Below are positions 1 to 11,727 of a stretch of 64,000 nucleotides of DNA, piece after piece. The position numbers and the translations under genes are program-made. How positions within the stretch are numbered: position 1 is the first letter of the stretch; every line of letters starts with the position of its first letter. The notes beneath the pieces are model-generated. The model was not told the origin of the DNA. It worked only from the letters and a program-made list of their open reading frames with translations, and did not search any database. Location of the stretch: contig MEDY01000001.1 of the NCBI GenBank assembly GCA_001724265.1, positions 124,001 to 188,000 of the forward strand, read 5' to 3'. This DNA is from Rhizaria sp. SCN 62-66 (lineage: Eukaryota).

Positions 1-3000
1 AGCGCCGCCGTTGCAGCAGAGCCAGTGGCGGCGTGACTCAAGTGCGCGCGCAGAGCGCCGTCGCGGAGGTCGACTGTGCACACACGACCGTGTGCCGCGG
101 CGCGGGTCATCGCGCGCGAGGCCTCGCTGGGCGCGACCTCGGGCGCGAACCGTAAAGCGGCGCGGCGCGCGTAGACCTGGTGCGAGTCGGCCGGGTAGCT
201 GGTGAAGGTGTGGCGGAATACGCCCTCGCGGCGCGCGGCGTCGGGGTCGGAGCTGGCGGCGGTGAGGTGCGACTGCGTGATGAACACGTAGCCGTCGGCT
301 TGGCGCGTAATGCGGCCCACGTGGCGCGCCGTCGACGGATGCGCGCACACGCCGGCGCCGGCGACCTCGATCGCGTCGCCCTGTAGAACCATGGTGCTCT
401 CGGTACTACGCGCAGCGCCAGCGGCGCCCGTGGCGGCGAGCGCGGCGTTGCGCTCCTCGAGCGCGCGGGTGTCGCACGTCACGTCGACGGTCACCGCCGT
501 CGCGAACGTCGCCACAGGCGTGCCGGGCGCGTTGGTGCGGCGGCGGATGACCTGGAAGACGACGTGGTCGCCGACGAGGAAGCCGACAAAGGGCTGGCCG
601 AACGCGGGCGGCGTAGGCTCGGGTGGGGAGCCGGACACGCCGCGCAGCGCGCCGGTGACGAGCGGCGGGCGCGCCATCTGCGCAAACAGCACGCCAGCGG
701 GGTACTTGTGGTGCAGCGGCATGCCGACATCAAGCACGCCGAAGCGCAGCGGCGCGTCCGCGCCGCGGAGGTTCTCCTCGGGCAAGCGCGCGACGGCGCC
801 GTAGGCGAAGATGACATGCTGGTCGACCTCGGCGGCGGCTTCGCGGACCGACGCGGCGGGGTTCGGCGGCACACCGGCGGCCGCGGCGGCCTCGGCGGCG
901 GCCGAGAGATACAGCTTAAACGCTGTGGAGAGGTAAATGGACTCCTCGATCTGCTTGTCGACAAACGCGAGCACGTTGCCGGCATCGCCGAACGCGCGGC
1001 CGGCGGCGTTGGCGGCGGCCGCGGCGGCGTCCGCGCCCGCCCAGGGCTCGCCCGCAGCCGTGGCGGCGTCGATGCCGTCGGCGATCGTGGCGAGAACTTC
1101 GCGCACCTTGCTGCCGCGGACCAGAGTGACCTCGGAGACCACGCCCTTGTACCATGTGCCGCTGGGGTCGACGGAGCCAGTGCCGAACGGGGAGCCGTTG
1201 GTGACCGTGGGCTGGACGAGAGACCGCTCGCGCGCCTCTCGGGCCTCGCGCTCCTGCTCGATCCGCTCCAGACGCTCCTGTTCGCGGGCTTCGCGGCGCT
1301 CCTGGTCGCGGGCCTCACGGCGCTCGCGCTCGGTCGGACGACGCTGCTGTTGCTGCTCGGAAGCGCGATCACTGTGACTGTCGCCGCCGCGGTGGCCGGA
1401 GTCACGGTCACGGTGACCGTCACGGTCACGGGTACTGTTGTTGTTATTGTTGTTCCTATGGGTGTCGCGGCTGCTGTCGCGGGCGGCGTGCGGCATCAGC
1501 ACGTCACGCCACGACATCGCGCCGGCCTGCACGGTTGCAGCCGTCGCCGGCGGCGGCAGAGGGGGACGGGACGGCGTCGCCGCGGCGGTCGCCGCAGACT
1601 GCGGCTGCTGCTGCTTGTTGTCGTTGTGCGCGTTGTTATTACTCCCGCCGCTGCTGCGGTCGTCGGTGAAGCTGTTGTAGTCGCGCTCGCGGCCGCGCTG
1701 GCCGTCGCGCTGGCCGTGGCTGTCGCGGCGGCCGTGATCACGGTCGCGTTCGCGGTCGCCGTCGCGGCCGCGGGCGCCGTGGCCGTCACGCCGGTTGTCG
1801 TGGTCCTCGTGCGCAGGAGCAGGAGCAGCGGCAGCGGCAGTGCGGTTGGTCTTGCGCCACGCCTCGACCGGAGGCGCGAAGCTCGAGCCGGGCGTCAAAC
1901 GCGCATTCGCGGGCACAGAAGACGACGCGGTGTTGTGATCACGCTGAGGAGCCGTGTTGTGGACGTGCGAACCGCTAGCGCGCGCGGCGTTGCGGGCGTC
2001 GCGGCCGTCAAGGCTAGGGAACGTGCTGCTGCTGCTGCTAGAGCTGCTGTTGTTGTTGTTGTTGTTGCGGTGGGCGCGGTGCTGCGGCGGCTCGGGCTCG
2101 AAGTCGTCTGAGAAGTCGTTATACTCGTGCCAGCTCTTCTGCGCCACCACAGGCACAGTCATAAGCGCGGGCACGGGGGCCGGGGCGGGGGCAGCGGCGA
2201 CTGCGACAGGAGCGGGCGCGACGGGCGCGGGGGCCGGGGCAGAAGGGGGCGTCACGGGTGCATGCTGTGGTTGATCGTGGGCAGAGTGACCGTGGGCAGA
2301 GTGACCGTGGTGGGGGTGTACGGGGACCGGCGCAGGAGTCGAGAACGCAGTGTTAGCGAGAGCCGAAGGGGCTCCCATCGACACCATCTTTCCGAGTCCA
2401 CTGAGTCCGGCCCCATGGGCGCCAGCGCCGGTGGGGGCGCTGTGGACGCTGGGGCCGCGGGGCGGCGCGCCGGGGGTGCCGCGGGAGGCGCCCTGGTAGC
2501 CGCCGTACTGTTGCTGGTGCTGCTGGTGCTGCTGCTGTTGTTGTTGTTGCTGCTGCTGGTGCTGCTGCTGCTGAAGGTATTGCTGATGCTGCTGCTGCTG
2601 CTGCTGCTGATACTGATGCTGATGTTGCTGCTGCTGGTAGTAGTACTGCTGCGCGTCAACGCCACCGTGGTGATGCGCATTGTGGTGCGCATTATGATGC
2701 GCGTTATGTGCGTTGTGTCCGTTGTGTGCGGTAAGAGAGTGTTGGTCTTGCCATTGGTGACGGAGGAACGACGTCGCAGGCGCGCCGTCGCCGTGGCCCG
2801 CCGCGCCGCCCCCGTAGCCGCCGCCGTGGTGACCGTGCGCGGCGTGTTGGCCGTGCTGGTGTTGATGCTGATGCTGATGCTGATGCTGAGCGGCAGCGGC
2901 GGCGGCAGCTGCGGCAGCAGCGGCGGCGGCGGCAGCGGGGTCGACGATACCGATAGACTTCCAGCCCGAGGTGTCGGTCGCGGGGGCGCCGCCGTGGCGC

Positions 3001-3167
3001 GCGTTGCCCGGTGTGGCGGAGAAACCCGGGAAGGCGACGGCGCCGCCGTGGGGGTTGCGCGCGGCGGCGTGGCCGTGGACGGGGGTGTAGACGAGAGCTG
3101 AAGTCGAGGCCGCGGCGAAATTCTCGCCGTCGTCGTCCATCTCCGCCCAGGTGCGACCAGAGTCCAT
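1..3167 (-). CDS. Hypothetical Q/H-rich, RD/RE-repeat protein, possibly RNA-binding; 3' end runs off the window
   Basis: ATG at 3167 gives MDSGRTWAEMDDDGENF..., then poly-A, (QH)n and poly-Q tracts, RDRDRD and ERREARE repeats, and globular-looking segments (GTWYKGVVSEVTLV; FVGFLVGDHVVFQV). I saw no stop down to position 1, which explains its absence from the ORF track. AT-richer DNA lies upstream. Confidence 0.75.
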   Translation of the reverse strand, partial: MDSGRTWAEMDDDGENFAAASTSALVYTPVHGHAAARNPHGGAVAFPGFSATPGNARHGGAPATDTSGWKSIGIVDPAAAAAAAAAAAAAAAAQHQHQHQHQHQHGQHAAHGHHGGGYGGGAAGHGDGAPATSFLRHQWQDQHSLTAHNGHNAHNAHHNAHHNAHHHGGVDAQQYYYQQQQHQHQYQQQQQQQHQQYLQQQQHQQQQQQQQQQHQQHQQQYGGYQGASRGTPGAPPRGPSVHSAPTGAGAHGAGLSGLGKMVSMGAPSALANTAFSTPAPVPVHPHHGHSAHGHSAHDQPQHAPVTPPSAPAPAPVAPAPVAVAAAPAPAPVPALMTVPVVAQKSWHEYNDFSDDFEPEPPQHRAHRNNNNNNSSSSSSSSTFPSLDGRDARNAARASGSHVHNTAPQRDHNTASSSVPANARLTPGSSFAPPVEAWRKTNRTAAAAAPAPAHEDHDNRRDGHGARGRDGDRERDRDHGRRDSHGQRDGQRGRERDYNSFTDDRSSGGSNNNAHNDNKQQQPQSAATAAATPSRPPLPPPATAATVQAGAMSWRDVLMPHAARDSSRDTHRNNNNNNSTRDRDGHRDRDSGHRGGDSHSDRASEQQQQRRPTERERREARDQERREAREQERLERIEQEREAREARERSLVQPTVTNGSPFGTGSVDPSGTWYKGVVSEVTLVRGSKVREVLATIADGIDAATAAGEPWAGADAAAAAANAAGRAFGDAGNVLAFVDKQIEESIYLSTAFKLYLSAAAEAAAAAGVPPNPAASVREAAAEVDQHVIFAYGAVARLPEENLRGADAPLRFGVLDVGMPLHHKYPAGVLFAQMARPPLVTGALRGVSGSPPEPTPPAFGQPFVGFLVGDHVVFQVIRRRTNAPGTPVATFATAVTVDVTCDTRALEERNAALAATGAAGAARSTESTMVLQGDAIEVAGAGVCAHPSTARHVGRITRQADGYVFITQSHLTAASSDPDAARREGVFRHTFTSYPADSHQVYARRAALRFAPEVAPSEASRAMTRAAAHGRVCTVDLRDGALRAHLSHAATGSAATAA
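2505..2655 (-). repeat. Coding trinucleotide repeat (CAG/CAA/CAT/CAC) encoding a poly-Gln/His tract
   Basis: Runs of gct/gtt/gat on the + strand inside the first CDS. Confidence 0.8.
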
Positions 3168-3861
3168 TTCTGGCTATATACGGAGCAAGAAAATCAGTAG
3201 TAAAGTCGGATCAGAGCAAAGCAGTGTGAGTGGAAGGGGGAGAGAACAATAGATGAGCTATGGAGGGCGACGTGGGCTTGTGGAGTGTTGCGCCAGGCCT
3301 TCAAACTGAACTCACTCAATCAGGACAGTTCGAGTCTGAAATCAAACGTGATAGAATTACTATTCGCAAACAATTATATCAATAAAACCCACTGAGACCC
3401 AATCATTGTCTGATTTTATCTGAGATGTCGTTAGAGAAGTGACTGGCCAGGTTTGAACCTGGGCCTGACTGCGACCCAAGACGCGAACAGCTCTCCAGAG
3501 AGATCGAAAGCATGACACGACTCGTAATAACAAAAGAGAAGCCAACCATTAGAAATACATCTAGTCAAATTGTCAGCATTTAATTTCCCCTTCACGCGAG
3601 CGCGCGATGACATGCCAGATTGGGCTGACTCGAGTTGTGGTCGTCAGTAGTGGAGACACAGGACCGAAAAATGTGCAGCACCATCGATATTCACGTGATT
3701 TACAGATGATGCTGAGTCGAAACAAGTGTGTATGGAAAGGCTTACTCATAATGTATGATTAACTAGGCCTGAGTCAACTTGAAATGATATATTTTTTACT
3801 CCAAATTTGTAATCTGTTGCGGTCACTCGAAGCGGAACTGCACACTCTCTTATTTGCTCCC

Positions 3862-5388
3862 TCACTCGAGCGTGCTAATGTCGAAGCGCTCCGCGCCGGC
3901 GAGATCCGCCATCGCGTCGCACAGTGCCTGTCCGCGCACCCCGCGCACGAAGCGCACGACGGGCGCCACCGCCACACTGACGACAGGCCCGGCCACTCTC
4001 GCACTAGCACTAGCACTTGCAGCGGCAGTGGCAGTCGCAGTCGACCCTTGCTGTTGCGCAGAGTGGTGCTCTGCGTGGGTGATGGCGTCAACAATAGACT
4101 GCGTCTCCCCGCGGCCGTACCAGTCGACCACCAGCGTCCCCTTCGCAGGCCCCTCCGGCACGCACGCGGCCGCCGCGACCGACACGCCCGTCACCGCCAC
4201 CGTGGGCTCCGCCATCGCCATGTAGGCCGCGGCGTCGCAGATGATGAGCCCACGGCGTGAGGCCGCGTGGCTGGTGCCCTCAAGGCGGCACATCTCGCAC
4301 ACCTCAGCCTCATCCGCAGAGTTCGCCCCCTTAGCAGTGGTGCACTTGCTGTTGCTGCTGTGGCTGCTGCTCGAGGTCTTGGCGTCGGGCATCAGCGGAC
4401 AGCAGCGTCCTGTGCGCGCGAGCCTGTCCCTCGCCGCACCCAAGTAGGACGACAGGGGGCCCGCGCCGGCGGCCGCGGCGGCCACGCGTGCCTGCGTACG
4501 AGTGCTGTCGGCCGTGAAGACCCAGTACGCGCCGGTCACGCGGGAAAGGAAAAATCGGAACTTGGCCTGCGCACCCATGCCGCACGACTCAGATTTGTAC
4601 TCGCTGTTCGCGGTGTCACTGCTGGCGCCCTGTTGCTGCTGCTGCTGTTGCTGCTCTTGTTTAGCGTCGGCGGCGGCGAGAGCTGTGATCGCCCCTGGCG
4701 CCGGACCAGAGTACTCGGGAGGAAACGGCTGATCGAAGGCAAGGCGCTGGAGCGCGGACCAGGGGATCTCCGAGGCGACGGTAGCCTCCCAGGGCACGAC
4801 GGTGACGGCGCGGGGCGGGAAGGCGCCGAGACAGGCCGCCGCGGCAGGCGCGTCGGCATGCGCGTTGAACTCGGCCGTCTCGGTGACGTTGCCGCGCGCG
4901 ATGGCCGACCCGCCCATCCATGCCAGCGAGCGCACCAGGGACGGAAACTGCGGGTCAATGCGGATCGCCTCGGCGACGTTGGACAGCGGGCCGAGCGCGA
5001 GGATGTCGTAGAAGCCGGGGCGGGCGCGGGCGAGGCGGACGAGCGCCTGAGGGGCCGTCTCAGACTGCGCTTCCGGGAGGAAGCCGGGCGGGCAGGAGGG
5101 GAAAAAAGCGTGGTCGCCGAGCCCGTTGGCACCGTGGCCGGGCCAGGTGTCGATGACGGGGACGACGCCAGAGTAGTCGGTGTCGAGTCCGCGGTAAATG
5201 GGGATGTCGGCGTGGTTGAAGTACTTGAGCAGCACGCGCACGTTCTCAGTGGCCTGCGCGACGGAGACGTTGCCGAACACGGTCGTCACGGCGTGCACCG
5301 TTAAGCGCGGGTTGTTCAGTGCAAGCGCGATCGTGATGGCGTCGTCGCATCCAACGTCAGTGTCGATGATGACGTTCTGCAGCGACAT
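3862..5388 (-). CDS. Inosine/uridine-preferring nucleoside hydrolase family protein (508 aa)
   Basis: Motifs VIIDTDVGCDD, TTVFGN, HGANGLGD, LALGPLSNVA, WMGG, GNVTETAEFN, ICDA and GTLVVDW. ATG at 5388 chosen over the upstream TTG. Stop is TGA. Confidence 0.93.
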   Translation of the reverse strand: MSLQNVIIDTDVGCDDAITIALALNNPRLTVHAVTTVFGNVSVAQATENVRVLLKYFNHADIPIYRGLDTDYSGVVPVIDTWPGHGANGLGDHAFFPSCPPGFLPEAQSETAPQALVRLARARPGFYDILALGPLSNVAEAIRIDPQFPSLVRSLAWMGGSAIARGNVTETAEFNAHADAPAAAACLGAFPPRAVTVVPWEATVASEIPWSALQRLAFDQPFPPEYSGPAPGAITALAAADAKQEQQQQQQQQGASSDTANSEYKSESCGMGAQAKFRFFLSRVTGAYWVFTADSTRTQARVAAAAAGAGPLSSYLGAARDRLARTGRCCPLMPDAKTSSSSHSSNSKCTTAKGANSADEAEVCEMCRLEGTSHAASRRGLIICDAAAYMAMAEPTVAVTGVSVAAAACVPEGPAKGTLVVDWYGRGETQSIVDAITHAEHHSAQQQGSTATATAAASASASARVAGPVVSVAVAPVVRFVRGVRGQALCDAMADLAGAERFDISTLE

Positions 5389-5637
5389 CTGCAGGACGCG
5401 GTACGGGCCCAATACAGCGGCGATTGGGAGAGGTGGATTGAGATGAAATGATCGTCAGTAGATGCGAAATAACGCTGTCATATTTAACATGTGGCAAATA
5501 TTTTGTTATGCAAATTATATCTCACGAAGTTGTGTCTTTCCTCACACATGCTGTATTTTCTTTTCACCCTGCAGCCTCCAACCTCGAGCAAGTCTGCGAG
5601 CCAGGATCCGCTCTCTTTTAACAGCACATAGCGCCCC

Positions 5638-7934
5638 ATGTCCGACAACGACGAGGGCGAGTGGGAGACCGCCGTGGTGTCACGCCGCGGCAAGAAGTCT
5701 GGTGGCGGCAGCGGTGGCCGTAGTGGCGCGGGCGCCGCAGCGGGTGGCAAAGCTAGCAACAAGTTCTTCACTCCAGCTTCGCTGCTAGACGCAGTGCGCG
5801 AGCAGTCCGCCGCATTTGAGGCGCTTTCTGGTACGTCTCACGTCACTAAATGGTGTATATCTTGATGTAATATATACTCTTTATGTGAATCCGACTCATA
5901 ACTTTGGATTTATCTCTTGCACATTCGCTTTACGTCGTTAAAGAGTCCGAGCAGGCTCGCCGCGTGTCGACCCTCTCCGCGTCGCTGCTTTCAACCGCTT
6001 TGGGGCTCGCGACCACGCCATTTGCCCGTGGAGCTGTTGGCGCCGTGCTTGACGCACACTCACAGCTCCGCGCGCGCCGGCCTGCGCTTGAGCGCGCTCT
6101 TTCTGCTCTAGCGCAGCAGCATCAACAACAAAACAGCGCAACAACCGGTCACAGCAACAACAGCAGCAGCAACAGTAACAGCAGCAGCGCGTCAACAAGT
6201 AGCAGTGTCGACGACTGGCGCGCACGTCTGCTCGCTGCATACGCCACTGCTCACTATCTGAGCAGCACTGCGCCGCAGGCAGCGACGCCTGCGACAGCCC
6301 CTGCGACCGCGGCAGACACTGCAGCTACGACTGCGACTTTAACTGCGACTGCGGCTGATAACGCGGACACTGCCGGCGCTGAGACTGATGCGGGTGCTGT
6401 GGTGAAGTCTCCCGGACAGTTTCCCGCTCTGTTTGCGCGGCTGCACTGCGCCGGCGTGGGCCACATCGCCACCGCGGCGTCCGCGCAGGGCCAGCTTGCT
6501 CTGTTCCTGCTCCTCGCTGCGCTCTCAGCCGCCCCAGCAGCTACAGCTACGGCAGCAGCCAACGCGGAGGCTGGTACAACTGCAACGGCAGCTGCCACTG
6601 CAACTGAGAATGCGAGCGCAGATGCTGGGACTGTGACTGGACCAGTGGAGGTGTTTGACCCTGTGCTGACGAGTCTGGAGCGCGCGGCCCTGCAGCGCGG
6701 CTTCGGCATCACAGTGCCAGCGAGCAATGACGAAGCTCGCATCCAGGCTCCCGCAACAGCAGCAGGAGCAGCAGCAGCAGCGGCAGCAGCAGCTGTCACC
6801 GCCAAGATGACTGATCTGGATGGGAGCGACTCCTCTAACAGGACTGTTGTTGTTCATGCGACCGCCTCTGCCTCTGCCTCTGTGGCTGAGGCTGCTGCTG
6901 GAGACATGGCCAAGAGCGACTTATTGCTGGTGTATCTGCCTCACTGCGGCATCGGATTGTCTTCCAACGCTATTCACGCAAACTGCCGTGCTACACAGTC
7001 ACCTGAATCACAGTCACATTCACGGGTGCTTGCCCAGGCGCAGTCAGATGCCCAGGCGCAGTGCGTCGATGTACCATTGCACCGGCTCGTGTTGGTGTGC
7101 AATGCGCTGTCTTCATCGCTCGACGCGCTGCGGTTTCCGTTCATTGCGCCCAGCGCCACTGCGGCACAAGGCTGGGACAACAGCAAGAACAGCAACACCA
7201 GCGCTAGCAACAGTTGCGCTGGTGGGGGCAGTGGAAACAGTAAGAATGCGCGCAAGCGTCGTAACAAGGGCGGCGCTGGTGCTCCTGTGGCTCCAGCGTG
7301 CAATGACTCGACTGATGTCGTCTCATCCGCTAATGCGGCGAATGCGACTGCTGATGATGCCGAGTCTGAGCAAGTTATCACGACAACGAATACTGAAGCT
7401 GTGAATGAGGAGGCTGAGGTTGATTTGTCTCGTTTCACATTTGTGCCCGCACCTGTCCGCCACCTTGCACCTCTGGCCGCCTCGTTGCTCACAGACAACA
7501 ACAACAGCAGTAAGAGTGGTAACGGCGCCAGGAGTGACTCTGCAACGACTGCTGCGACACCCCCATCAACGACGGTAGAGTTGGCTAGTGCTTTCCGTGC
7601 GTCTCTCTCACACCCGCACGCCGGTCTTGTCTCTGCGGTCACCGAAGCAACCGACTCCGCGAGTGCGACTGCGACTTCAAGTGGCGCTTCAAGTGCGACG
7701 ACGACGCTACCGTGGCTGGCAGCCGCCCGCGTCGCCGCGTTCGCGACCGTGCGCGCACTGCCCCACGGGACGAGCACTGAGGCGCTCAACGCGTTCGGTA
7801 ACACGGCGGCGCACGGATTCGAGGCCGTGCCCGTGGCTGTGGCGCGGGCACCGATGCCGGAGTACCGGGTGGGAGCGGCGGAGGGCGGGCGGCTGCAGGA
7901 CCCCGAGATCATCCCTGCATCGGTATTCCCCTAA
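5638..7934 (+). CDS. SRRD: SRR1 domain protein (SRRD-like), 2 exons: 5638-5830 and 5944-7934
   Basis: SRR1 blocks LHCAGVG...AQGQLALFLLL, VFDPVLT..ERAAL, LVYLPHC, LVLVCN and NAFGNTAAH, separated by low-complexity inserts. Intron GTACGT...AAG (5831-5943) keeps the frame. Stop is TAA. Confidence 0.85.
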
Positions 7935-8403
7935 AGTTATCCAATAAGATTGAAAATACATAGCCTACTATTTAACTCTTGTCATATCTTAAGTCTGCAA
8001 GTTTATGACTTGATCTTCCAACTTGAATCGTTGATGGCAAGATTTGGTCACGATCAAAGCGAACGAATCGACCTCTCGTGGCTGGCCGTGGCAGTGTGGG
8101 TTGCGACGTCATCTTGGCGAATTTCAGCCCCGTTGACTGACTCCGCGGTTCCGTGAACCGCTTCTGTACTTGCCATAGACATACTGACATAACTCGAATA
8201 TACTTATATCTTTTCAAAATTCTATATATCCCACCCGCCATGTGTCCTGTCGGCTTCTTCTTTCCGCCTCACTCACACAACGCGCCTCGAACCTTGATCG
8301 AACGCACACAGACCTTCTCTCTTACTCCTTCCGTTCGTCTTCTTAGCCCCTTCCCGGCCCCGATCGCCTTTTTCTTCCGCGTTGCCCGCCCTGGATAAGC
8401 AAG

Positions 8404-10299
8404 ATGGAGCTGTGGCTGTTCGTGACGGTTCTGCTGTCGGCTGTCGCCCTGTCCTGGCTGCTCTGCTTCTGCTTCGCACGCTACTACATCGACCCTAAGC
8501 ACAAGTCGTGCCTCACGCTCTTCATGTGCTCTGCCGCGCTCGCCGTGACGGTTCTCTCTCTGACTATTATCCCGCTTGACGTCTACGCGGTATCATCTGC
8601 CCTCACGTCGATGGGCACGCAGTCTGATCTCGCCACAGTCAAAGACCTCCAGTCCGGCCTCCGCGTGCTCTATTACGTCTTTTACATCCTCGTCCTCGTT
8701 TTCGCATTCATTCTGCTCCCGTTCTCGTACTTCTACTTCGAGGAGGACGCCGGCGAGGACGCCTCCCGCGCGTCCCGTTGCGCGCGCGCGAGCAAGTTCA
8801 CCTTGGGTTTCGCCGTCATCTTCGGCGTCCTCATCGCCGTCGGCTTCCTCGTCAAGCAGGGCTCGGCGACCGAGGACACGGACGCCGACTGGCGCGACCG
8901 TCTCGTGAGCAACTTCTCCGACCTGGACCAGTTCGTTGCCTTCTGCGTCGCCATCCTCGCGTTTTTCGGTCTCGTCGGCTTCGTGCTCTACGTCGCCTAC
9001 GGCATGGTCATGATCCCGGCGGGGCTCTGGCACTCGCGCGCGGGCACCGCCGCCGTGGACCGCCGCGCGCTGCTGACTCAGCAGCAGGACCTCGAGGCGC
9101 AGGTCCGCGCCGCCGACGAAGAGATCGCGTATATCCGGGCCTCGGACAACAGCGGCGGCTCGGGCGGCGCGGGCGGCGGGCGCTACGGCGGCCAGCTCAA
9201 GTCGGCCTACGCGCAGGAGTCTGCCGCCACCCGCGGCGCGGGCGCGAGTACAGAGGCCCGCGCGGCGACGGCTGAGGTGCGCCGCAAGCAACACGCGCTG
9301 CAGATCGAGATCGAGCAGACCAACGCGGTCATCGCGCACGAGGACTCGACGGCCGGGAAGTGCGCAGGGTGCTGGCGCGCGTCGGCGCCTATTAGGTACC
9401 TCGTCGCGCTCGTCGCGTTCGGTATGAGCGCACTGCTCTTCATCCAGGTACGCTGCTGCAAAATCATGTCTAAGTGGATATTTTTGCTATATGGCATGAT
9501 TTAAAAATATCGCTTCAATATGCACATTCAAGTATGTTATTGGTATAATATATCCTAAATCTGTATCTTGGTACGAATATATATGTCACAAATTCTTGTC
9601 TCACCCTCTTTGCTGTTTTCTGCTCTTGCTCAGGTCCTGATGTCGACTGTAGACCGCATCAAGAACTCCGAGTGCAAGTGGTCCTGCGGTTTCGCGCTTC
9701 CTTCGGCGGCGTCCCCGATCTTCAACCCGATCGATCAGCTCCTTGTCGCAGTTTCCCCCGCCTTCCCCGTCGGCCTCATCTTCTTCGGCGTGTTCATCGT
9801 GTACATCTTCGCGTGCGCCATCACAGGCCTCGCCGCGCTGGGCGTCCGCGTGTTGTGTTTGAAGCTCTTCCCCGTCCGCGCGCACGGCACTCCCGCGAAC
9901 GGGCTTATTATGGGAACCTGGCTACTCATGTTCGTCGCCCTAGCCGTCACCCAGCAGGTCTTCACCATCGCGCCTCAGTACGTCTCCTTCGGCCACCAGT
10001 CGTACCCCGCGACCTCCGACACTGATCCCACCGTGGTCACCAAGAAGGCCTGCCGCCCCGACGTCACTGGACTCGTCCCCGGTACGTGCGTCTTCACCGA
10101 GATTGCCAAGTTTCTCTACCGCACGAACACCCAGATGCCCTTCTTCGGCGTCGCCCAGTTCTTCTCCACTATCTTTTTCCTCGCCGCGACGCTCGCGTTC
10201 ACGGTCTACGCTTTCTGCCGGTCAGAAAAGTCGTGGAACAGCTACAAGACGCAGACCGACGACCCTGATGCCGTCGGCTACGTCGGCCGCGGTAAGTAA
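8404..10299 (+). CDS. LMBRD1: LMBR1-family membrane protein, LMBD1 (lysosomal cobalamin transport escort)-like, 2 exons: 8404-9447 and 9634-10299
   Basis: Multi-pass hydrophobic protein with IIPLDVY, LPFSYFYFEE, YVAYGMVMIP, CGF..FNPIDQLL..FP and APQYVSFG motifs. Phase-0 intron GTACGC...CAG (9448-9633). Stop is TAA. Confidence 0.85.
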
Positions 10300-10521
10300 A
10301 GTCTCTGAAGCGTGCGCAAGTTGTCAATCGTCCGACGCTCAATGTAAGCGACGATATATTTCAATATATTGATTTTAGAACCTCTTATCCGAATGAATAC
10401 AAAATAAACATGTATTTCGACGTATATTTTAAGAGTATAATTGACATGTTAAACACCTAAATAACAGATTGGCATCTGACACACACAGCAGCTAGCTATT
10501 GTGTCGTATAAAAGAGCGGCA

Positions 10522-11727
10522 TTAGAGCGTGAGTTGCGTTTTGAGCATGTGTTCGCAGGCAGCCAACACGTGCGCCACGCGTTCCGCCGCCCTGCCCGGC
10601 TCCAGCGACACCGCAGAGAGATACGCCCGCAGCGCCGCCTCCGCCGGCACTTCCCCAGTCGCGGCGCCGAGTCCGCCCGTGGCGGCCGCGGCGCCGGCCG
10701 CGCTGCCAGTCAGAACGGCCGTGGCGCCCGTGGCGGCGGCCTCGGCGCCCGCGGTGCCGGCCGCGGCGCCCGTGGCAGCGCCCTCGCTCGCGGCCGCCGC
10801 CAGGGCCCAGGCGCTGGCGCCGGCGCTCGACTGCTGCGATGCCCTGGAGGCGGTTGGCAACACGAGAGAAGGCTGAGCGTTATCGTATTTGGACTCGTGG
10901 GGGTACACGTGGGTGTCCAGGTGAGTTGCAGCTGCGAGGGCAAGAAACGTCGACAGAGAGACCTCTCTCACTTCACGTGCGTTGCTAGAGTCGGCATTCG
11001 TCGCACGGTCGACGTCGTTATTGAACTCATCAGTATTGATAATGTCGTGGTGACTGTTGTCTGTTTCGGCATAGAGCCATGCCAGCGCAAGTTCAGCTCC
11101 ATCCGTCACAGCGGTGGTACCAGAGGCAGCTGCAGCGGCGGCGGCCTGTGCAGCCTGTGCCACGCGCACGCGCAGAGCCCCGTGTAACGGCGCCGTGATC
11201 CCCTCGACGGCGAGGCGTTTGACCACGAGCGCGCGGGCGAGGGCGGCGTCGAGCTCGAACGCCCAGCCCAGCGCGCGCTGCACGCACGCGGACGGCGCGG
11301 ACGCACGATAGCCTTCAAACGGCGCCCTTGTAGGCGCTACTGCTGCGGTGGAGGCGTTATCAAGGTCGCGGGCGAGGAGCGTGTCGCGGAGAGTCTGCAG
11401 CCGCAGAGTGGCGTCGCGTTGTTGCGCCGCGAGAGTGTCGAGCTCAGTGAGCGCTTTCTCGGCCTTGGTGCGGAGCATGGCGAGCGAGAGCAGCGTCTGA
11501 CTGTGCGCGGCGTCGCGAAGCCCCGGGAGCTGGGCCAGCTCGCCCCACGCCACGGGGGAGTCGACGTGCCGCAGCGACAGGCGCAGGTTCGACCACTGCG
11601 TCAACAGCGCGACGAGGCGCTCGTTGGCCTGCGACCACGCGCGGTTGGCCTCAACAAGCTGGGAGAGCCACTGCTTAATCGCAGTGCCGGTTGTCGCAAG
11701 CAGTACGTTGGCGGAGGTGCATGACAT
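10522..11727 (-). CDS. Helical protein resembling C1orf109/AIRIM (casein kinase 2 substrate family)
   Basis: 401-aa ORF with coding-like codon bias. The segment WGELAQLPGLRDAAHSQTLLSL and the C-terminal YLSAVSLEP recall that family from memory only. Stop is TAA. Confidence 0.55.
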   Translation of the reverse strand: MSCTSANVLLATTGTAIKQWLSQLVEANRAWSQANERLVALLTQWSNLRLSLRHVDSPVAWGELAQLPGLRDAAHSQTLLSLAMLRTKAEKALTELDTLAAQQRDATLRLQTLRDTLLARDLDNASTAAVAPTRAPFEGYRASAPSACVQRALGWAFELDAALARALVVKRLAVEGITAPLHGALRVRVAQAAQAAAAAAASGTTAVTDGAELALAWLYAETDNSHHDIINTDEFNNDVDRATNADSSNAREVREVSLSTFLALAAATHLDTHVYPHESKYDNAQPSLVLPTASRASQQSSAGASAWALAAAASEGAATGAAAGTAGAEAAATGATAVLTGSAAGAAAATGGLGAATGEVPAEAALRAYLSAVSLEPGRAAERVAHVLAACEHMLKTQLTL

